Below are positions 63,190 through 64,000 of a stretch of DNA of 64,000 bases, piece by piece (positions within the stretch are counted from its first letter, which is position 1; every line of letters begins with the position of its first letter). Position numbers and translations under genes: made by a program. The stretch lies in the NCBI GenBank assembly GCA_963795085.1, contig CAWCFX010000004.1, positions 480,001 through 544,000 on the forward strand, given 5' to 3'. Below the pieces are notes generated by a model, which did no database searches, was not told the origin of the DNA, and worked only from the letters and a program-made list of their open reading frames with translations. The stretch is from an uncultured Gemmatimonadales bacterium. GTDB lineage: Bacteria > Gemmatimonadota > Gemmatimonadetes > Gemmatimonadales > GWC2-71-9.

Positions 63190-64000
63190 TCACCGGGTGG
63201 CATTCCGCACTTTCGCCAGCATCCGCTCCAGCCGGTCGAGGTGGGTGATCGTCAGCGTCACCGCGCCGAACTCCATCTCGACCTTCCCCCGGAAAATAAA
63301 AGGCCCCTGGTCGAAGAGCACGTGGCCCCGCTCCCGGTAGACGTCGGGAAAGAGCACGGCCTCGATCAGGCCCGGCCCGTCATCGAAGGTGACAAACTCC
63401 ATCGGCTCTTCCTTCGCTGTGTGCACCGGCTTGGAGGTGGTCAGCATGCCGGCGGCCAGCACGCTCCGGCCCACGTGCCGGGCGAGCTCGGTGCTCCGGA
63501 CCAGCCGGAACCGCCGGAGCGATTCCCCGTGCAGGTCCATCGGATGGGCGTCGGTAATGAATCCCAGCGATTCGTACTGCTCCCGGCGCCGGCGGGTGCT
63601 ATCGTATTCCCGGAGCGCCGGGACCCGGTCGCATGAAGCGGCCAGGCCCAGCGGCGAACCGCCCGCCCGCCCGCCCGCCAGTTCCAGGTCCCGGTCCCGC
63701 GTCTTTACCCGGCGAAGCTCCGCCTCGTCGATTTCCCAGAGCATCATGGGCCGGGTCTTCCCGCCGGCAATGCCGTCGAGTGCCCCCACCCGGACCAGGA
63801 TCCGCAGGTCGTCATGGGAGAGGCCGGCGCGATCCCGCAGGTCGTCCACTGATGCAAAGGGACGGACCACCCGGCCCGCCAGGAGCCGCTCCACGCCCGC
63901 CGCCGACAGCCCCTTGATGAACTGAAAACCGACCCGGAGCCAGTCGTCCTTCCCGGTGCAGCGGAACTCGCTCTCGTTGACATCCGGCGGGAGAATCCGG
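63190..64000 (-). CDS. dnaE2: DNA polymerase III alpha (DnaE2-like), C-terminal part
   Basis: LGFITDAHP and OB fold (KEEPMEFVTFDDGPGLIEAVLFP); runs off the window end. Confidence 0.75.
   Translation of the reverse strand, partial: RILPPDVNESEFRCTGKDDWLRVGFQFIKGLSAAGVERLLAGRVVRPFASVDDLRDRAGLSHDDLRILVRVGALDGIAGGKTRPMMLWEIDEAELRRVKTRDRDLELAGGRAGGSPLGLAASCDRVPALREYDSTRRRREQYESLGFITDAHPMDLHGESLRRFRLVRSTELARHVGRSVLAAGMLTTSKPVHTAKEEPMEFVTFDDGPGLIEAVLFPDVYRERGHVLFDQGPFIFRGKVEMEFGAVTLTITHLDRLERMLAKVRNATR

Overview
GC-rich, densely coding bacterial DNA. The gene content (a large Hanks-type Ser/Thr kinase expansion, many secreted peptidases and outer-membrane proteins) is typical of Gemmatimonadota; this is an inference. 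Bases 1-18.9 kb hold a tandem array of 7 complete Ser/Thr kinases plus the 3' end of a probable eighth. They share a highly conserved kinase module joined to variable C-terminal domains (TM plus TolB-like propeller, alpha/beta-hydrolase, TolB_N plus TPR). The array has structure a normal annotation misses. Two ~95% identical 148-bp REPIN/MITE-like elements each sit at the same codon position behind an abandoned kinase 5' stub. Every kinase that does not overlap its neighbour directly is preceded by a mini-ORF whose stop overlaps the kinase ATG (ATGA). The rest is mostly housekeeping: an SdpR/SdpI-like operon, a diguanylate cyclase, M28 peptidases, a LeuD-LeuC-type fusion, OmpA, pfkA, prolyl oligopeptidase, a pab/pterin cluster, a DEAH helicase with permuted motif order, ispH and a partial dnaE2. 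A SelW/Rdx selenoprotein (CxxU plus SECIS) at 39167-39391 is absent from the ORF track. Several single-base frameshifts look like assembly errors. No tRNA, rRNA, CRISPR, transposase or integrase was seen.
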